Assembly (NCBI GenBank): GCA_951406725.2
Contig: OX597823.1
Span: forward strand, 13,454,001-13,518,000
Source of the DNA: Octopus vulgaris
Lineage: Eukaryota
DNA length: 64,000 bases
Direction: 5' to 3'
Shown here piece by piece: positions 13,144-26,149 of the stretch (its first letter is position 1; each line of letters opens with the position of its first letter). A program made the translations under genes and the position numbers. Under the pieces are notes generated by a model, which saw only the letters and a program-made list of their open reading frames with translations, was not told the DNA's origin and made no database searches.

Positions 13144-13166
13144 GGTTTCGATTCCAGGTAGTGACT

Positions 13167-13244
<78 letters not shown>

Positions 13245-13326
13245 TCGAAAAATACCTGAGGAATGAGAACCCACTCCTCGGGAATATTGAACTGACTCTC
13301 TCTCTCTCACCATCTCTCTCTCTCAA

Positions 13327-13414
<88 letters not shown>

Positions 13415-14759
13415 TATATATTTCTAATATAAGGATAAAATATTTTCCAAAATATATTTTATGGTGGCCAGCATACTAAGATACCTTTCAGAGTGAAAAT
13501 TTCTTTCAGGGTGAAAATAATAAACAATCATAAATAAGGGCAAAAGAAAAGAAATTTCTATATTAATATGCTGAAAAATAGACCTTAGATCCTCTGTAAA
13601 ACTATTGAAATAAAATGATTTTTCCTTTTTTAACATGCATGATTCTTCAGTGAAATGTTGAAGGAGAATCTTCATTTAATATTTATTTTTCTTAAATTTT
13701 AATTCTCAAACACTCTTGAATAACATTCGAATTCCTTTGCCAGTTCGTATTTTCACGTTTTCCCGAAAAATATTTATCTGCGTGCAGGGTGTGCGTCGCC
13801 CCTCCGATGCATTTTTCTTTCATTTCTGTTGAATTTTCCTTTGATTTCGGCATGACTAAATCGTCTTTATAGGCGATTGAACCCGGTAGCATACATTGAT
13901 AACAGTATAAATTTCTTGTTACATCTCTCAATGATAAATTTCTCAAACCATTTCTTTTTTCTTTTCTGTTTTAAAGTTAAACTGAGGGAAATTTCTGCAC
14001 CTTTTCAATTACATATATATAGATGTATGTATATATATATAATATGCAATATAATATAATATAATATAAATAATATATAAATATATGCATTTATATTTAT
14101 CTATCTATATATATATATGTATATCCCACCTTCATCTAACCTTCCTCCTCTCTCCTCTCTTCCTCTCACACCTACTTCCTCTAAGTCACCTCTCTTGCTC
14201 TGGCACCTACTTCATCTCTTCATTTCTGCCCACCCTCTCCCTTCATCGTCAACCCTCCCCGTTACCCCACCACTACACATTGAAACCCGATCTTCCCTAT
14301 ACATCCCATTCCACTTCCATCCCATTCCATAGACCCCACCGTTGCATCCCCCAATCTCGCCTTCTCCACACCCCAACACCAGCACGCTACACCACACCAC
14401 ATTCCACCATACCACACCACCACACCACACACCACCATACCACTCACCACCATACCACATCACACCATCCCGTGCACAGTAGCACCGACCACTTCCCAGC
14501 ACCCATACTAGTGCACACATTAGCACTGACCTCTTCCCAGCACCTATACCATCATCCACACATCTACACATGCACACATGCACACGTCAAGGTCACCAGC
14601 CCCCTTCCACACGCACATACACGCTCTCACATTACACACGCACGCACATTTTCGTTTTGGGATCACCACTACTTTCTTATCTCCCTTCCTTGCTAGCTCC
14701 CCTGTGTGACTCCTCTGTCCGGCATTCATCGTGATAGATTGCTATCCACTAACCCTTTT

Positions 14760-14920
14760 CCCGTTTTCTCTACCTGATTATTTCAGTGTTCATTTCTGTT
14801 GAAGAGCGTAGGCTCGAAATGTAAAAGACTTTCTCAGTTCCCGAGCGTGAAAGTATTACATCTGTTTGTGTTTATGTTTACACACTCGTCTTCGTCTTTT
14901 TTTTTTTGGTAAATTCTGAC

Positions 14921-14922
<2 letters not shown>
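14760..14922 (+). mobile_element. H2 Penelope-like repeat; hammerhead-like motif at 14793-14826
   Basis: CTGTTGA-a-GAGC-gtag-GCTC-GAAAT-GTA; ends at (TA)n. Confidence 0.65.
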
Positions 14923-14966
<44 letters not shown>

Positions 14967-15067
14967 CGCGCGTATATACATATACATATATATATATATA
15001 TATGTATATATATATGTATGTATATATATATAAATGTATATATATATATATATACGTGTGTGTGTAG

Positions 15068-15258
15068 TTTACGAAAGTTTACGAAAATAAACAAAAGACG
15101 AAGGCAAGTGGTGTACAAACAAACAGACGCATTAGTATAACGCTCAGGAATAGAAAATGACTTTTACGTTTCGAGCCTACGCTCTTCTACAGAAAGGTAC
15201 ACAGAAAAAACAAGGAGAGAAAAAAATGTGTGTAGTAGCTAACGATCTATCCTAGCCA
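15068..15258 (-). mobile_element. H2 Penelope-like repeat, tail-to-tail with previous copy
   Basis: Minus strand CTGTAGA-a-GAGC-gtag-GCTC-GAAAC-GTA at 15162-15195. Confidence 0.65.
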
Positions 15259-15268
15259 TATATATATA

Positions 15269-15313
<45 letters not shown>

Positions 15314-15354
15314 ATATATATATATATGCATGTATGCATGTATGCATGTATATC

Positions 15355-15397
<43 letters not shown>

Positions 15398-15979
15398 GTA
15401 TGTATGCCTGTGTATGTATGTATGTTATGTGTTTGTGTGTTTGGTAATGAATGTGTGTGTTGTTAGATGCACGTCTATCGTGGTAGAAGTGTTAGCGATA
15501 ACTGTTTTTACTTTGGCTGTGGTGATGTTAGTGTTTTTTTTCTCGGTTTGGTTTTTAAGGAAGCAATGCTCCATTCTCTTTCTCTCCCTCTCTCTCCCTC
15601 CCTTTCTCCCCCTCTACTTTTTATACATCGCTTCTTTTATCCATGTTGATGTAAGAATGCGGTGATGCGTTGATGGAATAACATATTTTAGTAAAGTACC
15701 CAGTTGTCTTTTGCTTATTTCGCTATTCTTTTTTGCTTAACTCTGTACAGTTTCCTTACCCTCTAACTAGTGCTGTCACTCTATCAATCACTTCACATGT
15801 ATTCCACATGGTATGATTCATTTCTAAGTTTACAATTTGTATTTGAATTCATTTTGCATGCTACGTAGCTTGTTATTGATGCAGGTGGTCTTTCTGAAAA
15901 CGTACGTTTTACTTAATAGGATTAGACGTATGTAATAGATCAGCATAACATGGCAGCTATTTTAATTTTCTTAGTCTTT

Positions 15980-16200
15980 GACTAGTATCAGTCGTTTGAC
16001 TGCAGCCATGCTGGAGCAGCACCGTAAAGGGATTTTAGTCGAAGAAATCGACTGCAGGACTTATTCTTTGTAAGGCTAGTACTTATTCTATCAGTTATTT
16101 TGCCGAACCTCTAAGTCACAGAGATGTAAACACACAAACATCGGTTGTCAAGCGATAGTGGCGGGGGGCACAAACACAGACGCAAAGCAAACACGCATTA

Positions 16201-16237
<37 letters not shown>

Positions 16238-16401
16238 CGACGGCCTTCTTTCTGTTTCCGTCTTCCAAATCTACTCACAATGCTTTGGTCAACCCGAATC
16301 TATAGCAGAAGACACTTGCCCAAGGTGCCACATAGAAGGATTGAACCCAGAGCCATGTTGTTAGGAAGTTAGCTTCTTACTACGCAGACACGCCTGCGCC
16401 T
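15980..16401 (-). mobile_element. SINE family A (diverged)
   Basis: Homology to other A copies. Confidence 0.85.
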
Positions 16402-16859
16402 AACTGAATTTCTCTTTGCTTAATGTTTTTCTTAGTTTATAAGCTTTATCTCCCTTTTTTTCGGATAGTTTAAATGATCATCAATTAGATCATTTGTCAT
16501 TATTATTAGGAAGCATTGCATTCTCTCTTTTACATGAGTAAAGCAGATTTGCGTTGTACATGGGTGCAGTGTTTGAAAAATGACGAGGGCACTCAAGTGT
16601 GGAATGTAAATCCTCACAAGAGTTGACAGTGGGTCATTTAACCTTTGTGGGCTAATTCCACTGAGATGTGATGTGATATGTGTATGACCGGACTTGTTTT
16701 CATTGTCAACTCAGCTCAAGAAAATATTTGAAGTATTACGAATCGATTTTAAGGCACTTCGGCAAATTTTCCGCTAATAAATATGTCTTGTATGTATCTG
16801 AAGTCTAAATACTGGAACATGAACCTCTAAGCATCGTAAACGTGATTCAGAGTCATGAA

Positions 16860-17350
16860 GAATTCTGCATAGTCGACGAGTAGGTCATATCTGATGACGA
16901 CAGATTGGACACGAGGATGAACTGCTGTACAGTGTGTCCTCAGGCCTCTTTGGCAAAGCTCAGCAATCATCTGCAGAGACAACGGGGCGTATTAACTGTC
17001 AATAAAATGCTAAGCATACCAAGCGGTAGCACTCTTTCTGATGTATTTACGTGAAACCTGCACACTATGTTTGATATATTGAAAAGCCGATGAGCTACCA
17101 GGTGTACCAGCTACGAAGATCTTCTTAGGAAGATAGGTCATCAAGGAAATCTTAAGACGGTTGGTATAGTTGTGTAGAAGTGTACAATTGCAGTGACATT
17201 GGTTAGTGAGGATTTGTGAGCAATTCTTAGGTGGATGGCGTGAAAGACTGTATGTGAGCCTAAGAGAGAGCATTCGCGCGTATGTGTTCATATAAATAAT
17301 AGAGTTCTCGCGGAAGAGCTGAGGAATGGCGTGCGCAAGGTAGAAGGGAG
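16860..17350 (+). mobile_element. Ancient RTE LINE relic
   Basis: Frameshifted FGK LSNHLQRQRG..AYQAVALFLMYLRETCTL..VLAEELRNGVRK resembles RTE AFGRL..YRAVVLSTLLYGCETWT..LYGEL. Confidence 0.55.
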
Positions 17351-17606
17351 TAATTATCTAACTAGGTGTGCGTAAACGAAATTGAATAATAGTGGAAAAG
17401 AACGATATTTTTTTCCATTTTTCAGGCTTGTGACTGTGACACAACATGTGTTTGAACATATATATGCATACAGATCAGATACACACTCGCTCACGCGCCT
17501 ACATATATATGTGTCTAAAAGTACGTAAATATTTATGCATACATATATGTGAGTGTGTGTGTGTGTGTGCGTTTGCATGTGTGTGTGTGTGTTTAGGTAT
17601 ACATGG

Positions 17607-17672
<66 letters not shown>

Positions 17673-17675
17673 TAT

Positions 17676-17752
<77 letters not shown>

Positions 17753-17794
17753 GCATCTGTATATAAATATATTTATATGTTATGTATTTATGTA

Positions 17795-17832
<38 letters not shown>

Positions 17833-18242
17833 CATATATATAGAGAGATAGGCCTATATATACATATATTTATATGTTATGTATGTATATGTATATATAT
17901 ATATATATGTGTGTATATATATATATTCATATATTTATACAGATGGATCTATATATACATACATGTATATGGTATGTGTGTATGTATGTATATATATATA
18001 TACAAACTTACTCTAGAGATTGGAAAAAGAAAGAGAAAGCAGCTAGAGTAATGTAACTGTTTCATGAGAACTAATTAGAATAGAACCATTCTGGAGATTT
18101 CCTATGCGGCAGATGGTATGTACGAGATGGTGAAATATATTAATGTCAGAATAGTATTGTTCTGTTGTTGAGTTAGCGTAGAAAGGAAATTGATGGATTA
18201 ATTGTTTAATTATGATGACAATATTCAAATATTCCATTACAT

Positions 18243-18293
<51 letters not shown>

Positions 18294-18533
18294 TGCACTA
18301 AGACACAAACACACAAACACAACCACACTACACGCCCGTACGCATGCGCACACGGGGTTGCTTCTCCAACAGTCAACTCCATCAAATTGTCTCCCGTCGT
18401 TTCCTGCAGGTTGTCTGTATGTATGTGCGTGTGTGTATGTGTGTGTATGTATCATAGGTTTGTGTTTGTGTGAGCCCACAAACATATGCATGTACACTCT
18501 TGCACGCATACACACCTATTTACATAGACGTGA

Positions 18534-18588
<55 letters not shown>

Positions 18589-18807
18589 TACGCGGGTTAG
18601 CGCGCCGGTGTAAATTTCTACTCACACGCACAAACACACACACATATCTATATCATATACACACACACACACATTTTTAAATGTCTTGCTTCGAGAGCTG
18701 CATTCGGTACGATTCATTTATTTTTGGTAGTAATGACTTTGAAATCCCTCCTGGCGTGTGGCATTTCTGTGTAATAATGCCCTCTATATAATATAAACAT
18801 ATAAATG

Positions 18808-18839
<32 letters not shown>

Positions 18840-19039
18840 TGTATGTATGTATGTATGTATGTATGTATGTATGTGTATATATAATTCCTTTATTCTATTT
18901 GTTTGTCATTTGAGTGCAGCCATGCTGGAGCACCGCCCTTAGTCGAAGAAATCAATCCCATGGCTTATTCCCTCTGTTTTTCCTGCCAAACCGCAACATG
19001 TAGGATACTGTTTTCTTCCCTTTTTAGGAATTAAGTCAA

Positions 19040-19595
19040 TGCATTTAGTTTTGCTACTGTTGTTTAGAAAGTTCTGTGAGTCTGTCTTCTCTGATCTCAA
19101 GACTCTACCTCCTTTTTTGTTCATAAGTAGAGACTGTCGATATCCCTATTTCTGTGGGGATTTCCTGTTGATGTCAGAATCTTACGGGTTTTCATGTCTA
19201 TGGAGTGGATTTCTTCTACAGACAAGTCAAGTGTCCCAAATGCTGGAATCAGCACTTCTACTGCAAATGCATCGTGAGACATTGTTTTGCTGTAGAAGGA
19301 GTGTTCAGACTGCCATATTTTTCTTAGTCTGCTATAATATTCTTGTGTTGTCTGTCTTTATTCACAGTACTTTGGTATGATATATATATTTTCATTAATG
19401 CCTAGGTACTTGCGTCATTTTTGTGTGGGGCACGAGAGATGGTGAGACTATTGATGCAGAATTTTTGGGTCTTGAGGACTGATTTTCCATATTCAACATT
19501 CAAATATGAACATTCCTTCTGACCAAAAATCATTCCTGTGTCAACTGAAAATGTTATAAATTTCAGTTGTTTTTTTTTTATTTTTACATTGTTAG
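19040..19595 (-). mobile_element. Degraded R4/Dong-type RT fragment
   Basis: AFAVEVLIPAFG..IDMKTRKILT..DIDSLYL*TKKGGRVL parallels the protein at 48640-48820. Confidence 0.7.
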
Positions 19596-19847
19596 CATGT
19601 ATGTATGTATGTATGTATGTATGTATGTATGTATGTATGTATGTATGTATGTATGTATGTATGTATGTATGTATGTATGTATGTATGTATGTATGTATGT
19701 ATGTATGTATGTATGTGTGTATGTATGTGTGTACGTGTGTATGTATGTATGTATGTATGTGTGTATGTATATGTGTATGTGTGTATGTATGTATGTATGT
19801 ATGTATGTATGTATGTATGTATGTATGTATGTATGTATGTATGTATG

Positions 19848-20021
19848 GCAATTTTTTAATCTCTGTTTTCCCTTCTCGGGATCTTTCCTTCTTCTATGTT
19901 TCCGACGAAGAGCTCCGCTCGAAACGTTAAACACTCCTTCTTTCCTTCTTTCCTGAGCGTCCAATAATACTATATTTGTTCCACGTCCTGTGTTTTTTTG
20001 TGCTTTCTTGTTTGGATTAAC

Positions 20022-20023
<2 letters not shown>
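19848..20023 (+). mobile_element. H2 Penelope-like repeat; hammerhead-like motif at 19897-19933
   Basis: tgttt-CCGACGA-a-GAGC-tcc-GCTC-GAAAC-GTT-aaaca; flanked by (TATG)n. Confidence 0.65.
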
Positions 20024-20052
<29 letters not shown>

Positions 20053-20458
20053 CTATGTATGTGCGTGTGTATGTGTTTGAAATGACTCATACAAAGTATA
20101 ATCCTTTATCTTGCAGGCATAAAATTTTGTAACGAAGTGGTCTCGTCGATCACGTAGACCCCCAGTTCTCAACAGGCACTTATGAATAGCAAAGGCGACT
20201 GTGATAGAATTTAACTCAGAACGTAAAGCGAATCCGGCGTGCAAGCCATTCTAGCCATTCATCGCCTTCCTCATGCATATTATAATAAATTCAATATAGT
20301 GAAGGGACAGTTTAGTTCAAGTGCTTCACGAAAATTCTTGTGATAGACAATTATTTCCCTTTGCGTTCTCTTCTGAGATCAAATTCCATTGTCATCAATG
20401 TTATCAAAAAATTCAAATAAGGCAATAAATTAAACAAGATTTTCTTCGTTACAGAAGC

Positions 20459-20691
20459 CTATTTCTTTACTGCCCACAAGGGGCTAAACATAGAGAGGAC
20501 AAACAAGGACAGACAAAGGGATTAAGTCAATTATATCGACCCCAGTGCGTTACTGGTACTTATTTAATCGACCCCGAAAGGATGAAAGGCAAAGTCGACC
20601 TCGGCGGAATTTGAACTCAGAACGTAGCGGCAGACGAAATACAGCTAAGCATTTCGCCCGGCGTGCTAACGTTTCTGCCAGCTCGCCGCCT
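20459..20691 (-). mobile_element. SINE family B
   Basis: Full length; TSD cttcgttacagaa. Confidence 0.9.
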
Positions 20692-20990
20692 TCGTTACAG
20701 AAACCGTTGAAACGCATCTCTAGGAACAGAATTTATGGCTAAGAAGAAGGACACATTTGATTATTTTTATGTGAGTTATGTTTCCAAAGTTGTTCAAAAG
20801 ATAAGAAATGGGCCCTTATATGTTACACAACTAGTCTTTCAACTGCCAATCTATGTCCAGTAGTTTTAACGAAACAATAGTGTCATGGATACTCAACATC
20901 TGTAGTTGCAATGAAGATTACGAAATTATTACTTGAAATGAGATGTGATATCATTCCAATTCTTATATTACAGGTTCAGTAGAACAAACA

Positions 20991-21131
20991 TTGAAATATT
21001 TCCTCACAACTTTATTTGTCATTTTTGTGTTATGATAAAAGTAGGTTGTACTCGAAAGAAATTGTACCGAATACAGGGTGCATAAATATCCATTCAGACA
21101 AAGGTTCTAAATAATCCAAATATATAAGAAA
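20991..21131. repeat. ~140-bp direct duplicate of 28770-28910, followed by 3x 13-bp aaatttatcggta
   Basis: Near-identical by direct reading. Confidence 0.85.
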
Positions 21132-21269
21132 TTTATCGGTAAAATTTATCGGTAAAATTTATCGGTAAAATTAGAGCTCAATATACATGTATATTATGTT
21201 ATTTTTATTAGGTACTCATTATAAAGTGACTCAAATATCGCAAGTTTCGTACATACCATTCACTAATAC

Positions 21270-21501
21270 CTATTTCTTTACTACCCACAAGGGGATAAAC
21301 ACAGAGAGGACAAACAAAGACAGACAAAGGGATTAAGTCGATTACATCGACTCCAGTGCGTAACTGGTACTTAATTTATTGACCCAGAAAGGATGAAAGG
21401 CAAAGTCGACCTCGGCGGAATTTGAACTCAGAACATAACGGCAGACGAAATACGGCTACGCATTTCGCCCGGCGTGCTAACGGTTCTGCCAGCACGCCGC
21501 C
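21270..21501 (-). mobile_element. SINE family B
   Basis: TSD accattcactaatacc. Confidence 0.9.
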
Positions 21502-22711
21502 TAACCATTCACTAATACCGAGTATCTCCTACACGTGGTTTACTTGCTGTAACGATACACAAAGTTGAGACTTGATTAAGCAATTCATACCTTGTTTATC
21601 TTACCTTATGTCCATTTCCAGTCAACTTTATTAAGAACAATTTTTAGGATAGTTTAGTGTGTTTTAAATGGAATTCAGCTGCTATTTTAATAGTTTACTT
21701 GACTATATAAAGAATTCGACTTCATTTCTGAAGCAGTTGTTTTTTCTGCCACAGTCTGTTGCTGTAAACTTTATTAATATATACCTTCGTCTAATTCCTC
21801 TATTTCCATATCTTGACTTTGCTATTTCAGGCGGAGTGTAATAAAGTCAACATGTAGACGAGACCATGCTGTTCTGCAACGCCTTCTCTCTCTCTTACAC
21901 TTCTTCAGTTCTTCAGGACAAAAGGCATTCAAGAAGCTCTTGCTACGGCAACTGTAACGGTTGGATATGTTTTTGTTGCTGCACCATTAATCACATGCCT
22001 TTTGCTTATTCACTCTCATCTGGATACGGCTCTGAAATGCCCCTATGGTCCCGAGACGTCATAAGGACTTACAAGTCGGTACTGAACACCCACCATATGG
22101 CGCTCTTTGTTACCTTTCCATATATGTTCTGTCTGTTCTACGCTGCAGGGGGTGGGGGAAACTTAGCAGGAATTAAACATGCACCCCTAATTGTGACATC
22201 TGTATTACAATGATCTATGTACTGTGATACACACCAAGGTGTGTATTTGATACACCTTTTGTTGAATACACCCCCGTTTTCGTGAAGCAATTGTACCTGA
22301 ATTTTCCCTTTACCTGCTGTTGTAAGGAGAAAGACTTGAAATAGGGAGAGAGTATATTTTTGTCACACAAAATTCTGGCTATGTATAGGCTTCGCAACTT
22401 TTGGATAGCAAAACCGCGTGAGACCTCGCCTGGATCTATGGTACTTACTTCCTGTTTTAAAGTTATCTAAATTAAAATCTTCCATCAGAATTTCATGTTA
22501 ATTAATATTCCAAACGCCAGCTTAATAATGACACAAGGATTTTACTAAGCTTTTCAGTCTTTTTAAAACTAGTTGAAACAAAGGCAGTGTATTTCAACAA
22601 AAAATGTACCAACGATTAACGGTAAAATCACTCTAACTTCCACGGCACTGGCAAATGTGCAAGTGTTGTTACTATTGTCGCTGTTGATGTTGTTTACGTA
22701 TTTGCTTCTCT

Positions 22712-22925
22712 CTCTTTTACTCTTTTACTTGTTTCAGTCATTTGACTGCGGCCATGCTGGAGCACCGCCTTTAGTCGAGAAAATCGACCCCGGGACTTAT
22801 TCTTTGTAAGCCTAGTACTTATTCTATTAGTCTCTTTTTGCCGAACCACTAAGTAACGGGGACGTAAACACCAGCATCGGTTGTCAAGCAATGCTAGAGG
22901 GACAAACACAGACACACAAACATAT

Positions 22926-23004
<79 letters not shown>

Positions 23005-23170
23005 TACGACAGGCTTCTTTCAGTTTCCGTCTACCAAATCCACTTACAAGGCATTGGTCGGCTTGGGGCTATAGCAGAAGACACTTGCCCAAGATGCCAC
23101 GCAGTGGAACTGAACCCGGAACCATGTGGTTGTTAAGCAAGCTACTTACCACACACCCACTTCTGCGCCT
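22712..23170 (-). mobile_element. SINE family A
   Basis: Full length with expanded internal (TA)n. Confidence 0.9.
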
Positions 23171-23821
23171 ACTCAGTAACTTATTTGGAGATGATATGTT
23201 AGATAGATATTGCTAGGCTTGAATTTGGGGTGTTTTTCATGTTTATAAACCGAGTTTCAATTTTGCACAGTTTTGTCATTGTTCGGTGTGATTATATATC
23301 TTATTGGAACAACTGTTGTGATGATTACGTCTACCTTCTACCCAGTAAGAAAATTCTAATTGAATTGTATACGAAATATTTACAAATATTAGAATGTAAA
23401 CTTCACCAAAGCACAACAGGTTGAATGAAGTGGACTCACAATCTTCCTAAAACCCGTTTCTAAGTTAAATAATTAAAAAAAAAATATCTTTTATTCTTAC
23501 GGAAAATAAAATTGAGTAAGCCACAGAGAGTGAATGAACACTAACACACAAGTTAAACACAACAATAATGATAATTATCCTTTCTACTAAGGGAACAAGG
23601 CCTGGAATTTGTTGGAAGGGGACTAGTCGATTACATCAACCCCAGGGTTTCATCGGTTCTTAATTTAACAACTCCGAAAGGACGAAAGGCAAAGCCGAAC
23701 TCGGTGAAATTTGAACAACAATAATGATAATGATTTCTAATTTCGGAATAAGGCCAGCAATTTTCAGGGGAAGAGATTAGTAGGGCGTTCGATCTCAGGA
23801 CTTGACTGGCACTATATTTTA

Positions 23822-24055
23822 TCTATTTCTTTACTACCCACAAGGGGCTAAACACAAAGAGGACAAACAAGGACAGACAAACGGATTAAGTCGATTATAT
23901 CGACCCTAGTGCGTAACTGTTACTTATTTAATCGACCCCGAAAGGATGAAAGGCAAAGTCGACCTCGGCGGAATTGGAACTCAGAACGTAACGGCAGCCG
24001 AAATACTGCTAAGCATTCTGTCCGGCGTGCTAACGTTTCTGCCAGCTAGCCGCCT
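23822..24055 (-). mobile_element. SINE family B nested among older B-related fragments (23575-24130)
   Basis: Homology to other B copies. Confidence 0.85.
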
Positions 24056-24856
24056 TCTATGTGCGCTATATGTTATCGACTGCCACTATATTTTATCGAC
24101 TCTGAAATGTTGAAGCCAAAGTTAACCCCAGGAGGAATAATTCCCAATAAAGATACAACAGCAGGACGAAGGGACAGGTGACAATCAATTATGTTGATTA
24201 AATTAGTTGACTGGTACTTTAGTTTACCGACTGACGAAGGTCGCCAATAATAATCTCCTTACTGGTTAAAGGACACAAGTTTGTGAACCATATAATTAAT
24301 CTAAGATTGGGTACAAATATGAAACAACAGTTTTGATATAAGTGAAGTGAAATAAGTGTAATCTAGAGTTGAAACATGCAAACAGAATTAGTTCGCCGTT
24401 GATTACATTCTGTAGTTTGGTATTTTATAAACAGAATCATTCAAATGAAATGTGTGTGATTTTTCACAGATCATTAAATTCATAAAGACGAAATACTGGA
24501 AGGGAAAATTTCAGAATAATCCTTTCAGTAAAGGATTCTGAATAACAGAAGAGAATTAATTACTTATAACTTCCTTTAAATTTAGATTGAAAATTCGGTT
24601 GCAGGACGATAAAAGAACTGATAGCTAATAAAGACGAAATAGCTTAACGTTAACTTTCAGGATTGTTAATGTATACGAAAAGGAATCGCAGTATATTTAT
24701 CGATGTTGTATTACGATGTATTTTGATGTGATATTTACCTCATTGGGAATTGTTAACATACATAGATATGGCCAGGAAGACGAAAACCAAAAACAAAAAC
24801 CGAATAACTAAGCGAAGCGAGCACAGCGAGAACATTTATATAAGACAACAAAGAAT

Positions 24857-24912
24857 CACGAGATGGCGCTAACATTTCAATAACACTGTTGACTTCCGGT
24901 TTGAGCTTCCTT
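24857..24912 (+). promoter_or_regulatory. Possible CTCF/YY1-like and ETS motifs
   Basis: tcacgagatggcgcta and gacttccggt within repeat-free DNA; motif match only. Confidence 0.25.
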
Positions 24913-26149
24913 ACTTTACTTATTGTTATCTAAATTTTCTAAATCTCTTTGATGTGAAATACGTATATATATAATCATATATATAAGCACGTATTATGTG
25001 TGTATACATACCAAACATACAGTTATGTATATACACGCACATATATACATACACGTATACTTGTGAGTACAATTACCTGTAAGAATATGTATTTATTTAT
25101 AAGTGAATATACATGTATAAATGTGTGTATATATATATATATATGTTATGTGTTTGTGTGCGTGTGTATGTGTGTGTAAACATATATATTTGTGTGTGTG
25201 TGTGTGTGTGTGTGTGCACATATGAGTATCAGCATATATTTTAGGAATATTTACTTAGAATACACGCAATTATACAAACGTATACACACACACACACATA
25301 AAACACTCACATATACACGCATGTGTATGTGCATGTGTTAGTGTGTGTGCGTGTGCTCACGCACATCTTAGTATAAGCATCATCACCAAACTGTATGCTA
25401 AATATGTCACTTAAACAAAGCAGCGATTGATAAATCATATGTAAAAACTGCTTTGATCTTGATATATACCTGCTTTCTGAAAGATCATCTCAATTGTCTT
25501 TTATTATTTTACATGATGCTAACATTTCTAGTTGCTTTGTCTATTTAAGTATATACTTTTGAAGTTTCGCTTCATTATTTTTATATTGACGATGTTTCCT
25601 GAGAGCGAACTGTCTTCATTCGATGGCAACGATTGACGGAAAAGATTCTGACGAAATGGAATTTTCTTTCGGATTTTAATTCAGTTATTATTCTCTGATG
25701 TTGCTGAGCCATGAGTGCTTATTTTAATACTCACCTGTACTTGCAAAAGCTCTTGAACACAAAAGAACATTGATTTACACGTTCACCTACACTTCCGGTA
25801 AGTATACTTGAATTTAAACAGAGACACCATATGACTTCACATAAAGGTAACATTATGAAGGACTGACACATCAGCAGATTTCTAGTTGCATACACATACA
25901 CACATTTACACTCATTCACTCACACACACGCGCGCGCGCACATAAGTGTGTGAGAGTGAAGGAGCCATATATATACAGGTACACACAAGTAAGCACGTAA
26001 ATGTAAAACAAGGCGGAAACAATAGCAGTAAAGAAAGAGTAATATGCTTTTTATCAAAGGCGAAAAAAAATATTCACCAAGTGTTTACGAAATTGTTTTT
26101 TTTTATTCTTTGTGAATATTGTTTTAGATTTTAATTCACAGTTTTGATA

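Noticed and set aside
13692-13946. 84-aa ORF in unique DNA
   Set aside because: No motif or convincing splice context
14085-14696. 203-aa His/Thr/Pro-rich ORF
   Set aside because: Low-complexity C-rich DNA upstream of an H2 repeat; no recognisable domain
21128-21171. CRISPR-like repeat
   Set aside because: Spacerless 13-bp tandem in eukaryotic DNA; no cas genes
22395-22620. Possible TTAA-type MITE relic
   Set aside because: Single degraded copy; termini cannot be demonstrated within the window
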